In this document: piece by piece, positions 17,036-26,183 of the stretch
Numbering within the stretch: position 1 is the stretch's first letter
Layout: every line of letters starts with the position of its first letter
Source of the DNA: Candidatus Dormiibacterota bacterium
GTDB lineage: Bacteria > Chloroflexota > Dormibacteria > Aeolococcales > Aeolococcaceae
Length of the DNA: 64,000 bases
Direction of reading: 5' to 3'
Assembly (NCBI GenBank): GCA_036844485.1
Contig: DAIUFS010000003.1
Coordinates: 11,191-75,190, forward strand
Translations under genes and position numbers: made by a program
The notes under the pieces: generated by a model
What the model was told of the DNA's origin: nothing
Databases searched by the model: none
Seen by the model: the letters and a program-made list of their open reading frames with translations, nothing else

Positions 17036-17971
17036 ATGGCAGCAGACAAGGCCAGGGTGACGGTCATCGGTCTGGGCCTGATGGGATCCGCTCTGGCGAG
17101 CGCCTTCCAGCGGGCCGAACTTGAGCTCATCGTCTGGAACCGCAGTCCGGGTAGGACTGAGCCATTTCGGGACTCCGCCCGGGTCGCCGGCAGTGTGCGC
17201 GAGGCTGTCGCGGCCGGCGACATCGTCGTAGTGTCGCTCCTCAACTACGAGGCGGCCAACACCGTCCTGCGGACACCCGACGTCGAGGAGGTTGTCGCCG
17301 GCAAGACGGTGGTGCAGCTGACCACGGGCACGCCCAACGACGCTCGCGACAGCGAAACGTGGGCCCACCAGCACGGCGCCACCTACCTCGACGGAGCCAT
17401 CTCCGGGTACCCGAGAACGATCGCAACGGACGGCAACGAGATCTTCTACTCAGGCGACGCCAATGTCTTTGAGTCGCGGCGCGGCGTGCTCGCGGCTCTC
17501 GGCGGCACGGCCACCTTCTGCGGGGAGGCCGTCGGCGCGGCAGCGGCGCTCGATCTGGCGGCGCTGGAGTTCTCGTATGCGCGAGCGGCCGGATTGCTGC
17601 ACGCCGCCGCGCTGTGCGCCGCTGAATCCTTCCCGCTCGATGTGTTCTTCACCACAATCGGTGCCCCAGCCGGGCTTCTCGAGTTCGTCTCCCGGCATGA
17701 CTTCGCGGAGGGCCGCACCCCGATGGACGCGACCACGGCGGCCGCGGCGATGGCCCGGCCTCGAACCTACAAGAACAGCGTCGACGCCACCCTATCCGTC
17801 CACACGGGAGCGATCGACCAGATCGTGCGAGCCAGCCGCGAGGCCGGCATCGACAGCGCCTTCCCGCAGGCGCTGCACGATGCCTACAGCAGGGCCGTCG
17901 CACGCGGTCACGGCGATCACGACCTGCCCTCGCTCTACGAGGCCTTCTCCGCCGAGGGCGCCGGCCGGTAG
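17036..17971 (+). CDS. NAD(P)-dependent oxidoreductase (beta-hydroxyacid dehydrogenase / imine reductase-like)
   Basis: 311 aa with N-terminal Rossmann VTVIGLGLMGSALASAF, as in the 6-phosphogluconate-dehydrogenase NAD-binding domain. Confidence 0.7.
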   Translation: MAADKARVTVIGLGLMGSALASAFQRAELELIVWNRSPGRTEPFRDSARVAGSVREAVAAGDIVVVSLLNYEAANTVLRTPDVEEVVAGKTVVQLTTGTPNDARDSETWAHQHGATYLDGAISGYPRTIATDGNEIFYSGDANVFESRRGVLAALGGTATFCGEAVGAAAALDLAALEFSYARAAGLLHAAALCAAESFPLDVFFTTIGAPAGLLEFVSRHDFAEGRTPMDATTAAAAMARPRTYKNSVDATLSVHTGAIDQIVRASREAGIDSAFPQALHDAYSRAVARGHGDHDLPSLYEAFSAEGAGR

Positions 17972-18513
17972 GTGAGGATGACGACGCCGTCGGGGCCGAC
18001 GGGCTTGGAGTCGACGAGCCGCAGCACCGTGCGCGACTTCTCCTCGCCGAACAAGCGCTTTCCAATGCCGAGGACGATCGGAAAGACCATCAGCCGGTAC
18101 TCGTCGACGAGGCCGTGCGCGGCCAGGTACCTCACCAGGTGGCCGCTGCCGGCGACGAGGATGTCTCCCGTCACCTGCTCCTTGAGCCGCGCGACCTGGC
18201 CGGGGACGTCGTCGCGAATCACCGTCGAGTTTTGCCACGATGCCTCATCGTCAGACAGCGTGGTGGAGACGACGTACTTCGGCATGCTGTTCATCTTGGC
18301 GCCGAACTCGTCGTGGCCCATCGACGGCCATGCCTGGGCGAAACCCTGGTAGGTGATGCGGCCGAGCAGCTGCGCGTCGGCAGCATTGAGCTCGTCGACC
18401 TTGAACTTGTCGCCGTCATCGCCGCGGTTGAAGTGGAACACCCAGCCGCCCTCGCCCGGCGAGTCGATGACGCCGTCCACTGAGATGAACTCGGTGACAA
18501 CCAGCTTGCCCAT
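17935..18513 (-). CDS. Dihydrofolate reductase-like (RibD C-terminal domain) protein
   Basis: ORF 17935..18549 trimmed to ATG 18513, with GAGGAGGA upstream. MGKLVVTEFISVDGV...GRITYQGFAQAWP...ILVAGSGHLVRYL...DEYRLMVFPIVLG is the RibD_C/YwjB-like pattern. Confidence 0.75.
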   Translation of the reverse strand: MGKLVVTEFISVDGVIDSPGEGGWVFHFNRGDDGDKFKVDELNAADAQLLGRITYQGFAQAWPSMGHDEFGAKMNSMPKYVVSTTLSDDEASWQNSTVIRDDVPGQVARLKEQVTGDILVAGSGHLVRYLAAHGLVDEYRLMVFPIVLGIGKRLFGEEKSRTVLRLVDSKPVGPDGVVILTYRPAPSAEKAS

Positions 18514-18536
18514 GGTTTCCTCCTCATCGCACGGAG

Positions 18537-18873
18537 AGCCTGGCGGCAATCTTCGCCACCGACGCCAGGTATCTGCACTCGCCGTACGCAGAACCGGTGG
18601 TCGGGCTGCGTCGCATCCAGATCATGTGGGACGAGGATCGCGAGGGGCCCGGGCGAGGTGTTCACGATGAGCACGGAGATCGTCGCCGTCGAGGGCGACG
18701 CGGCCGTGGTTCGCGCCCTGGTGCGCTACGGCGATCCGGTGCGCCAGGAGTACACCAACCTCTGGGTGCTTCGGTTCGACACCGAGAACAGGTGCACGTG
18801 GTTCGAGGAGTGGCCGTACTGGCCGGGGCGACGCTGGTCAGCACGGGAGCCTGAGGAGACGCCCAGGGCCTGA
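18537..18873 (+). pseudogene. NTF2/SnoaL-like gene remnant, 5'-truncated and frameshifted
   Basis: The frame open from 18489 reads ...SLAAIFATDARYLHSPYAEPVVGLRRIQIMWDEDREGPG. After one extra base near 18654, the ORF-track frame 18658..18873 continues (E)VFTMSTEIVAVEGDAAVVRALVRYGDPVRQEYTNLWVLRFDTENRCTWFEEWPYWP. Joined, this resembles one NTF2-like domain lacking about 20-25 N-terminal residues, whose position is occupied by the start of the divergent gene at 18513. Confidence 0.5.
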
Positions 18874-18888
18874 TGCGCGTGCCCAGGG

Positions 18889-19182
18889 TCAGGCGCTGGC
18901 GGCCACCTGGCGGACCTCGATGGAGCTCAGCGTCACGCCGGGCGGATTCCGGCCGCTGTCGAAGCTCTGCTGCGCCATCGACGCCGCGGCCTTGGCGTTG
19001 TCCTCGTTGTCGAGGGTCACGATCGACAGCGCCTTTCCCTGCTCATCGGGGGCAAGCCACACCCCGCTGACGAAACCAGGGGACTGCTTGACCATGGGGA
19101 CGACCTTCTCGTTGAGGTCCTTCAGTCCCGCCTCCATGTCCCCCTGGAGGTCGATGTTGACGATGACGACAACCGCATGCAT
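18889..19182 (-). CDS. Small ferredoxin-fold (ABM/Dabb-like) protein
   Basis: ORF 18889..19386 trimmed to ATG 19182, with AGGAGG upstream. 97 aa starting MHAVVVIVNIDLQGDMEAGLKDL. Size and pattern resemble antibiotic-biosynthesis-monooxygenase-like domains. Confidence 0.5.
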   Translation of the reverse strand: MHAVVVIVNIDLQGDMEAGLKDLNEKVVPMVKQSPGFVSGVWLAPDEQGKALSIVTLDNEDNAKAAASMAQQSFDSGRNPPGVTLSSIEVRQVAASA

Positions 19183-19282
19183 GGCCGGGCCCTCCTGTAG
19201 CCGAAACGTGGGTGGACAGTACGCCATTGGTCGACGGTCCTTCCACAGGAGTCCTGCCCGCGAGCCGGTGACGGCGGCGCCG

Positions 19283-19873
19283 CTACTCGTCGACGTCAAT
19301 GGCCAGGGGAGTGATGCCTCCGCTGCTGATCTCGATGATGTCCATGGGACAGCTCGACACCACCACGTGGCAGTCGGCCAGCACACGGAAGAGAAGGGAG
19401 TCGCCAGCCCGGCTCGACGCCGGTCGAGTACTCAACTCACCTGAGGGTTCGACACGCACATCCATGAAGATGTTGAGCGGCTGCGGCACCGGGACGTCCG
19501 TGAACCCCAACGCGGCCATCGACTCACGAAGGTTCTCGGCGCACGAACGGTGCGGTCCCTCGACACCGAGGAGTCGGTATCGCGCGGGGTCACATGCGGC
19601 GTACAGCGTGTCGTGATAGCCCGGTGAGGTGTCCGCCAGCAGCTCGAGGATCGGCCGGCGCAGATTGGTCAGGATGGTCTGTCCCGGCCGGGGGAACAGC
19701 CGCCCGATGGACGGTCGCGTGTGCGAAGCGCTCGCGTACTCGCCGACGTCGTCCGCCGAGAACGCGAAGAGGTCGCCCACCTGGCCGCCATCGACGTCCA
19801 CCACTCTGAATTCGGTACCGGCCGACACTCGCAGCCCACGTCCCTCGCCGGCCGGTACGAGGAGAAGAGTCAC
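19283..19873 (-). CDS. DUF1989 (urea-carboxylase-associated / carboxyguanidine-deiminase-like) protein
   Basis: 196 aa. [17 protein letters not shown]...[45 protein letters not shown] is the pattern I associate with DUF1989. Confidence 0.65.
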   Translation of the reverse strand: MTLLLVPAGEGRGLRVSAGTEFRVVDVDGGQVGDLFAFSADDVGEYASASHTRPSIGRLFPRPGQTILTNLRRPILELLADTSPGYHDTLYAACDPARYRLLGVEGPHRSCAENLRESMAALGFTDVPVPQPLNIFMDVRVEPSGELSTRPASSRAGDSLLFRVLADCHVVVSSCPMDIIEISSGGITPLAIDVDE

Positions 19874-20037
19874 CGGCGCTCCTCAGCCCATCCACGATCG
19901 CCGGTCGACCGACTCGCGGGGGCGTCGCAATGATCCGTCAGCACCGGGCGAAGTATGGAGCAGGCCACATCCCCCCAAACGCTGCGGCACATGCCATCAT
20001 CCCGCGGTTGGGCGCGCCGACCCGCACCGGGGGGACC

Positions 20038-21003
20038 GTGGCAGAGGATCGCAGCATCGTCGGACCGGTTGACGGCCGCGTCGTTCCCCGATACGCCGGC
20101 CTCAGCACCTTCGCCCGCCTTCCGCGTCTCGAGGACGTCGTCCGCGCCGACATCGCAGTCCTCGGAGTGCCGTTCGATTCCAGCGTCAGCTACCGCCCGG
20201 GGGCGCGCTTCGGCCCCGCGCACATCCGCCAGTCCTCCCGGCTTCTCCGTCCCTACAACCCCGCGCTCGACATCGGGCCGTTCGCGGGCCAGCAGGTCGC
20301 GGACGCCGGCGACGTTGCGTGCAACCCCTTCAACATCGCCGAGGCGATCGGCCAGATCCAGGCGGCGGCCGGCGACCTCCTCGCCAGCGGCGGCACCCGC
20401 CTCCTCACCCTCGGCGGCGACCACACCATCGCGCTCCCGCTCCTGCGCGCCATCCACCAGCGTCACGGCCCGGTGGCGGTGCTCCACTTCGACGCCCATC
20501 TGGACACCTGGGACACCTACTTCGGTGAGCCGTACACCCATGGAACCCCGTTTCGACGCGCCTCCGAGGAGGGCCTCATCGACCTCGCCCACAGCATCCA
20601 CATCGGCATCCGCGGCCCCCTCTACGATCGTGTCGACCTCACCGAGACCGAGCAGCTCGGGTTCCAGACGGTCCATTGCGTCGAGATCGAGGAGCTGGGC
20701 GTTGCCGGCACTGTCAACCGCATGCGGGATCGTCTAGCCTCCGCGCCCGTGTACGTCTCCATCGACATCGACGTTCTCGATCCGGCCCACGCTCCGGGCA
20801 CCGGAACACCGGAGGCAGGTGGGATGACCAGCCGTGAGCTGCTCGGTGTCATCCGCGGACTCGCCGGCCTGCACATCGTCTCGGCCGACATCGTCGAGGT
20901 CGCGCCCGCATACGACCACGCGGAGATCACCGGGATCGCCGCATCCCACGTCGCCTACGAGTTGCTGTCAGTCATGGCCCCACCACCCCACCGAGGAGAG
21001 TAA
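20038..21003 (+). CDS. Arginase-family ureohydrolase (agmatinase / guanidino-acid hydrolase type)
   Basis: ORF 19930..21003. GTG 20038 gives the usual length of about 321 aa. All binuclear-metal motifs are present: [38 protein letters not shown] and EVAPAYD. Confidence 0.85.
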   Translation: MAEDRSIVGPVDGRVVPRYAGLSTFARLPRLEDVVRADIAVLGVPFDSSVSYRPGARFGPAHIRQSSRLLRPYNPALDIGPFAGQQVADAGDVACNPFNIAEAIGQIQAAAGDLLASGGTRLLTLGGDHTIALPLLRAIHQRHGPVAVLHFDAHLDTWDTYFGEPYTHGTPFRRASEEGLIDLAHSIHIGIRGPLYDRVDLTETEQLGFQTVHCVEIEELGVAGTVNRMRDRLASAPVYVSIDIDVLDPAHAPGTGTPEAGGMTSRELLGVIRGLAGLHIVSADIVEVAPAYDHAEITGIAASHVAYELLSVMAPPPHRGE

Positions 21004-21008
21004 GACCC

Positions 21009-22469
21009 ATGGCCACCACCGAAGCCCCGCCGCGGTCCACCGGGCTGGAGGTCCGGTCCATCGACTACGTGCCGCTGTCGGAGCGTCACGGCAAGCTCTG
21101 GCACCTGGGACCGCTGTGGTTCATGAGCAACGCACAGATCGCCACCCTGGCTGTGGGCCTGGTGAGCATCACCACCGGCGGCAACGTGATCTGGTCGCTG
21201 ATCGCCATCCTCGCCGGGACACTCTTCGGCACCTTCTTCATGGCGTCGCATTCGGCGCAGGGCCCGCAGCTCGGACTGCCCCAGATGATCCAGTCGCGCC
21301 CGCAGTTCGGCTACATCGGTGCCCTGCTGGTGTGGCTCTTCGCCTACCTTCAGTACGCCGGCTTCAACGTCTTCAACACCATCCTCGCCGGCCAGGCGAT
21401 GAACGTCACTGTCGGAGGCGACGTGAAGCTGTGGATCGTGGTCGCCACGGCGCTCGCCTTCATCGTCGCGCTCGTCGGGTACGACCTCATCCACAGTGTC
21501 GAGCGCCTGCTCACCTACGCCTTCGTGGTGCTCTTCGGCATCTTCACCATCGTGGTCATTGCCAAGGTCGGACTCCCGGCGAACGCGTGGAACCTCAGCA
21601 ATTTCAGCGCAACCCCGTTCCTCGCCCAGTTCGGTGTGGTCGCCGGCTACCAGATCAGCTGGGCGATCTACGTGTCCGACTACTCGCGCTACCTCCCGCC
21701 CGGAGTCACGGTCAGCAGGACCTTCGCCTGGACGTACGGAGGCTCGGCGCTGGGCGCGTTCTGGTTGATGGCACTCGGCACCCTGCTCGCCGCCTCGCTC
21801 AAGTCGGGGGCCGTCTTCGACACCATCGGGTCGATCCACAACGCCGGCAACCTGCTCTTCAACGGCTTCGGCGGCGTCATCCTCGTCTTCTCGGCGCTCG
21901 GCCTGATCTCGGTCACCGCCCTGAACATGTATGGCGGGTCGCTCACCCTGATCAGCGCCATCGACTCCATCAAGCGCATCCGCCCGACGCTGCTGGTGCG
22001 CATCATCACGATCGCGATAACGGCCGGGCTTGGGCTTGTGGGAGCTCTGGTGAGCTCGTCGGACTTCCTGGCCAACTTCACCAACTTCCTGTTGCTGGTC
22101 CTGTACTTCTTCATCCCGTGGACGGCGGTGAACCTCGTCGACTACTACATCGTGCGGCGCGGCCATTACGCCATCACGGAGATCTTCAAGCCCAACGGCA
22201 TCTATGGCCGCTGGGGGTGGCGCGGCCTGGTCGCCTACCTCGTCGGCTTCGCGGCGATGATCCCGTTCTTCAACACGGGCACGCTGTACGAGGGCTTCGT
22301 CGCCAAGGACCTCAGCGGCGCCGACATCTCCATCTTCATCGGCCTGCCGGTGGCAGCCATCCTCTACTTCGTGTTCAGCCGGTCGATCGACACCGCCAAG
22401 GAGCGCGAGGTGGCCGCACGGTCGGACGTCAACCTCGAGCAGCTCGCCACGGCGCACGCGCGGGATTAG
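21009..22469 (+). CDS. NCS1-family permease (cytosine/purine/uracil/allantoin-type)
   Basis: 486 aa, about 12 predicted hydrophobic spans. The N-terminus IDYVPLSERHGKLWHLGPLWFMSNAQIATL is typical of CodB-like NCS1 transporters. Confidence 0.8.
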   Translation: MATTEAPPRSTGLEVRSIDYVPLSERHGKLWHLGPLWFMSNAQIATLAVGLVSITTGGNVIWSLIAILAGTLFGTFFMASHSAQGPQLGLPQMIQSRPQFGYIGALLVWLFAYLQYAGFNVFNTILAGQAMNVTVGGDVKLWIVVATALAFIVALVGYDLIHSVERLLTYAFVVLFGIFTIVVIAKVGLPANAWNLSNFSATPFLAQFGVVAGYQISWAIYVSDYSRYLPPGVTVSRTFAWTYGGSALGAFWLMALGTLLAASLKSGAVFDTIGSIHNAGNLLFNGFGGVILVFSALGLISVTALNMYGGSLTLISAIDSIKRIRPTLLVRIITIAITAGLGLVGALVSSSDFLANFTNFLLLVLYFFIPWTAVNLVDYYIVRRGHYAITEIFKPNGIYGRWGWRGLVAYLVGFAAMIPFFNTGTLYEGFVAKDLSGADISIFIGLPVAAILYFVFSRSIDTAKEREVAARSDVNLEQLATAHARD

Positions 22470-22473
22470 AGCG

Positions 22474-23904
22474 GTGTCAGCGGACGGATTCGCCGTCGAC
22501 GCCTTCGCGTCGGCGGCGGCCGTCCGTGCGGGCGAGGTGTCCCCGGTCGAGCTCGTCAGGGCATCGCTCGAGGCGATCGCGCGCGGCGACCCTGCGCTCA
22601 ACGCGTTCACCGTCGTGCTGGCAGAAGAGGCGTGGGCACAGGCCCGTGAGGCCGAGGCGGCAGTGCAGCGCGGCGAGCAGGCGCCGCTGCTCGGCGTTCC
22701 CATCACCATCAAGGACCACATCTGGATGCGAGGCGTTCTCGCCACCAACGGGTCACTGGCATACCGCGACTTCGTGCCCGACGTCGACTGCGAAGCCGTC
22801 GCCCGGCTGCGCGCCGCCGGCGCGATCATCGTCGGCAAGACCAACAATCCCGAGTTCTGCTACCGCGGCACCACTGACAATCTGGTGTTCGGTGCCACGC
22901 GCAACCCCTGGAACCTGGAGCGGACACCTGGAGGGTCGAGCGGTGGAGCGGGCGCATCGGTCGCCGCGGGGATGGCGCCGATCGCTCTGGGGACCGACGG
23001 CGGCGGCTCCGTGCGCATCCCGGCGGCATTCTGTGGCGTGGTCGGCCACAAGCCCACCTTCGGCCTCGTCCCCAAGGAGCCGGGGTTCAAGGGCTGGAAG
23101 ACCCTCTCCGTCGACGGGCCCATCACCCGCACGGTGCGCGACGCGGCGCTGGCGCTGTCGGTGCTGGCCGGGCCGGCGTCGGCGGACGACATGACCTACC
23201 CCGTACCCGCCCAGGACTACATCGCCGCAGCCACCGAGGAGGGCGACGTCAGCTCGCTGCGCATCGCGTACTCCGTCGACATGGGATTCGCTCCCGTCGA
23301 CCCCGACATCCGCGCCGCCTTTGCGCGCGCCCTGGAGACGCTGGCGGGTCTCGGCTGCGAGCTCGTCGAGGCCCATCCGTCGACGCCCAACCCCATGGCG
23401 ATGTGGAACCTGCTGGCCACCTGCGAGGGCTACGCGTCCGAGGGGCCGCTCCTGGAAGAGTGGGAGTCGCAGATGAGCGAGGGCACCGCCGACATCATCC
23501 GCGCCGGCCGCGATCTCGCCGGCTGGGAATACGTCGATGCGCTGCACGAACGAGGCAAGTACACGCGCGTGTGGTCCGAGTTCTTCACCGACCACGACCT
23601 CCTCGTCTCACCGTGCATGCAGCTCACCGCGTTCGACGTCGACATCCTCGCCCCAACCTCCATCGACGGGATCACTCTCGACCCCTTCTTCGACGACTGG
23701 TGCAGCCTCGTGCTCCCCGCCAACCTCACAGGCCAGCCCGCCATCTCCATCCCCATGGGGTTCGGTGACGACGGCCTGCCCGCGGGCCTGATGGTGATGG
23801 GACGCCGCTTCGATGACGCCACGGTGCTGACACTTGCCGCCGCATACGAGCGGGCCGCGCCCTGGGCGGACCACACACCGTCAGCTCTCGCAGACGGCGT
23901 CTGA
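22474..23904 (+). CDS. Amidase-signature (AS) family amidase
   Basis: 476 aa. Catalytic Lys context VPITIKDHI and the AS stretch GGSSGGAGASVAAGMAPIALGTDGGGSVRIPAAFCG. Confidence 0.85.
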   Translation: MSADGFAVDAFASAAAVRAGEVSPVELVRASLEAIARGDPALNAFTVVLAEEAWAQAREAEAAVQRGEQAPLLGVPITIKDHIWMRGVLATNGSLAYRDFVPDVDCEAVARLRAAGAIIVGKTNNPEFCYRGTTDNLVFGATRNPWNLERTPGGSSGGAGASVAAGMAPIALGTDGGGSVRIPAAFCGVVGHKPTFGLVPKEPGFKGWKTLSVDGPITRTVRDAALALSVLAGPASADDMTYPVPAQDYIAAATEEGDVSSLRIAYSVDMGFAPVDPDIRAAFARALETLAGLGCELVEAHPSTPNPMAMWNLLATCEGYASEGPLLEEWESQMSEGTADIIRAGRDLAGWEYVDALHERGKYTRVWSEFFTDHDLLVSPCMQLTAFDVDILAPTSIDGITLDPFFDDWCSLVLPANLTGQPAISIPMGFGDDGLPAGLMVMGRRFDDATVLTLAAAYERAAPWADHTPSALADGV

Positions 23905-24074
23905 GCGCACGCAAGGCGCCGCCGTGCGCGGTCGCCGCACGTGCTCCAAACCAGCCGAACTTGGTTTGCGTACAGCCGCCCCCGAGGTCGATACTTCACC
24001 GTCGCGATACCGAGTGCCCCCGTTCCGGGCTGGAGTTGCGAGGGCCCTCGATCTGTCGATTCAGGAGGGACGAC

Positions 24075-25769
24075 ATGACGAGACGAACGACCTTTCGTGT
24101 GCCCGCGGTGCTGGCCGCGGTGACGGCACTGTTCGCCAGCGGATGGGGGACCGCCTCCGCCGCAGGGCCGCCTGTTTCGCAGAATCCCAGCCCGTACGCG
24201 ACCACAGGGTGCCTGGCGCTGGACAATCAGGGAACCTCGCGCAACTACCTCAATTCCGAGGTAGAGCCGATGGTGTCGGTCGATCCCACCACCCCGTCTC
24301 ACCTCGTCGGCGCCTGGCAGCAGGACCGCTGGAACAACGGCGGCGCCCACGGCCTGGTCGCCGCCTACTCGACGGACGGAGGGACCACGTGGGCGATCAG
24401 CCCGCAGCCCTTCAGCGTCTGCTACCACACCATCACCGGTAACGAGTCCAAGCCCTACCTGAACTACCAGCGGGCGTCCGATCCCTGGGTCTCGATCGGC
24501 CCCGGCGCCCCGGGCAATCCGAGCGGCAGCACTGTGTACTCGGACTCGATCTCGTTCGACCAGACGCCCTACCCGGGCGACCCCAACGCGGTCGACAACG
24601 CAGTCGGCGCCGCCGTCTCGTACGACGGCGGGGCGACATGGAGCAACGTCCAGACGGTCATTGCCGACCCGTGCGTGTCGCCGCAGAGCTCCGCACCGCC
24701 CGGCTACACCTGCAACAACTCCAAAGCCTTTGTCTTCAACGACAAGAACTCGATCACGGCTGACCCGACCATCCCGGGCGTCGCCTACGCCGTCTGGGAC
24801 CGCCTCGTGGCGCCGCCGGCCACCGGCAGCGGCTTCATCCACGAGCGCGCCTACTTCGGCCAGGCCTACATGTCGAAGACCACCGACTACGGGCAGACCT
24901 GGAGCGCCCCGCAGACGCTCACCGGTCTGGCCTCTGAAGACCAGACCATCGCCAACCAGATCGTCGTCAACCACCAGAGCGGCCAGCTCTACGACTTCTT
25001 CACCCTGATCCAGAACGCATCCAACTCGGGAGGGCACCGAGGCCACAGCGTCGCCTACATCACGTCGACGAACCACGGAGCCACCTGGAGCAAGCCGCAG
25101 GTCGTCTCCGCGCTGGAGACGGTCGGGGTCTCCGATCCCAACAACCTCAACCCCAACACCAACTCGCCGCCCGCCCCCTCGCGTACCGGCGACATCATCC
25201 CCGAGCCGGCCATCAACCCCACCAACGGCCAGCTCTACGTCGTCTGGCAGGACGCGCGTTTCAACAGCTTTGCCAACGACGAGGCGGTCATCTCCACCTC
25301 GAGCGACCGCGGCGCCACCTGGAGCGCTCCCGCGCTGGTCAACGACCACGGCGCCGGCCTGCCGGCCTACAACCCCACGGTCTACGTGTCCCCGACCGGG
25401 ACGGTGGGCGTGACCTACCTGCAGTGGGGCACCACAGTCTCCGGCAATGAGCCGACCACGCTCAACATCAAGCACTCGCTGACGGCGGGCAGCAGCAGCA
25501 CGGCGCCGACGTTCGACACCACCACAGTGGTCGACGGTCCGTTCAACAACCTAGCAGCCCCGGTCTCGCGTGGCTACTTCCTCGGCGACTACGCTGGGTT
25601 GGTCGCCAACGGAAGCGGCTTCATCCCCTTCTACGTCAAGACCAACTGCGCCGACGGCAACGCGACGACGCAGCCGTCGTGCGCTGCGATCCAGTCGGTG
25701 CTCAGTCGCACCAACGCGGCACCGACCGACAACAACTCGACGGACGTCTACGCCGCACCCGGCTCCTGA
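24075..25769 (+). CDS. Secreted BNR/Asp-box repeat protein (sialidase-like beta-propeller)
   Basis: ORF 23961..25769 trimmed to ATG 24075 (AGGAGGGA upstream). Signal peptide MTRRTTFRVPAVLAAVTALFASGWGTASA. Five Asp-boxes: STDGGTTW, SYDGGATW, TTDYGQTW, STNHGATW and SSDRGATW. Confidence 0.8.
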   Translation: MTRRTTFRVPAVLAAVTALFASGWGTASAAGPPVSQNPSPYATTGCLALDNQGTSRNYLNSEVEPMVSVDPTTPSHLVGAWQQDRWNNGGAHGLVAAYSTDGGTTWAISPQPFSVCYHTITGNESKPYLNYQRASDPWVSIGPGAPGNPSGSTVYSDSISFDQTPYPGDPNAVDNAVGAAVSYDGGATWSNVQTVIADPCVSPQSSAPPGYTCNNSKAFVFNDKNSITADPTIPGVAYAVWDRLVAPPATGSGFIHERAYFGQAYMSKTTDYGQTWSAPQTLTGLASEDQTIANQIVVNHQSGQLYDFFTLIQNASNSGGHRGHSVAYITSTNHGATWSKPQVVSALETVGVSDPNNLNPNTNSPPAPSRTGDIIPEPAINPTNGQLYVVWQDARFNSFANDEAVISTSSDRGATWSAPALVNDHGAGLPAYNPTVYVSPTGTVGVTYLQWGTTVSGNEPTTLNIKHSLTAGSSSTAPTFDTTTVVDGPFNNLAAPVSRGYFLGDYAGLVANGSGFIPFYVKTNCADGNATTQPSCAAIQSVLSRTNAAPTDNNSTDVYAAPGS

Positions 25770-25778
25770 GGTAACGAC

Positions 25779-25812
25779 GCAGGGCGGGTGGGAGACCCCC
25801 CGCCCGCCCTGC
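25779..25812 (+). terminator. GC-rich stem-loop after the BNR gene
   Basis: GCAGGGCGGGTGGG-agaccc-CCCGCCCGCCCTGC, a 14-bp stem with one G-U pair. It begins 10 nt after the stop. No clear U-tract. Confidence 0.45.
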
Positions 25813-25826
25813 TAACTCTCCAGATT

Positions 25827-25846
25827 CGGTATCAGATCTGATACCG
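25827..25846. promoter_or_regulatory. Perfect 20-bp palindrome immediately upstream of the XRE gene (candidate operator)
   Basis: CGGTATCAGATCTGATACCG ends 7 nt before ATG 25854, in a locally AT-richer stretch. Confidence 0.6.
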
Positions 25847-25853
25847 TAATCGC

Positions 25854-26183
25854 ATGAACGCCGGCCTGCTCATCCGCGAGGCGCGGCTGCGCGCGGGCCT
25901 CAGCCAGGCGGTGCTGGCCGAGCGGGTGGGCACCTCCCACGCGGCGATCTCCCGATGGGAGAAGGGGATGGTGAAGCCCACCTGGGCGACGGTGGCTGAG
26001 GCTGCACGTGCGTGCGGCCTCGAGCTCCAGATCAGCCTGGTCGAGCGCGACGACGATGAGCTTCCCCGTCTGCGCGAGCGTCTCCTGCGCACACCGGAGC
26101 AGCGTCTTGCCGATCTCACCGCGTTCGTCACGTTCGTCGAGCGAGCACGGGCCGCTCGAGCCGTGGCCCAGCGCAGGCGATGA
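25854..26183 (+). CDS. XRE-family helix-turn-helix protein
   Basis: 109 aa. LIREARLRAGLSQAVLAERVGTSHAAISRWEKG is a canonical Cro/C1 HTH. The C-terminal 50 aa are non-HTH. The stop overlaps the next start (ATGA). Confidence 0.85.
   Translation: MNAGLLIREARLRAGLSQAVLAERVGTSHAAISRWEKGMVKPTWATVAEAARACGLELQISLVERDDDELPRLRERLLRTPEQRLADLTAFVTFVERARAARAVAQRRR

Noticed and set aside
19874-20037. Guanidine (ykkC-type) riboswitch upstream of the ureohydrolase cluster
   Set aside because: The conserved GGUCCGAGAG and ACGR...GGGA elements are absent. The region has no convincing nested helices.
20834-23194. 786-aa plus-strand ORF running out of frame across the ureohydrolase, permease and amidase genes; likewise 53912..54613 and 48875..50614 as 5' extensions of real genes
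   Set aside because: The translations are Arg/Pro-rich nonsense. The in-frame family motifs belong to the other frames. Only the 3' parts (54614..56017 and 50615..51067) behave like genes.
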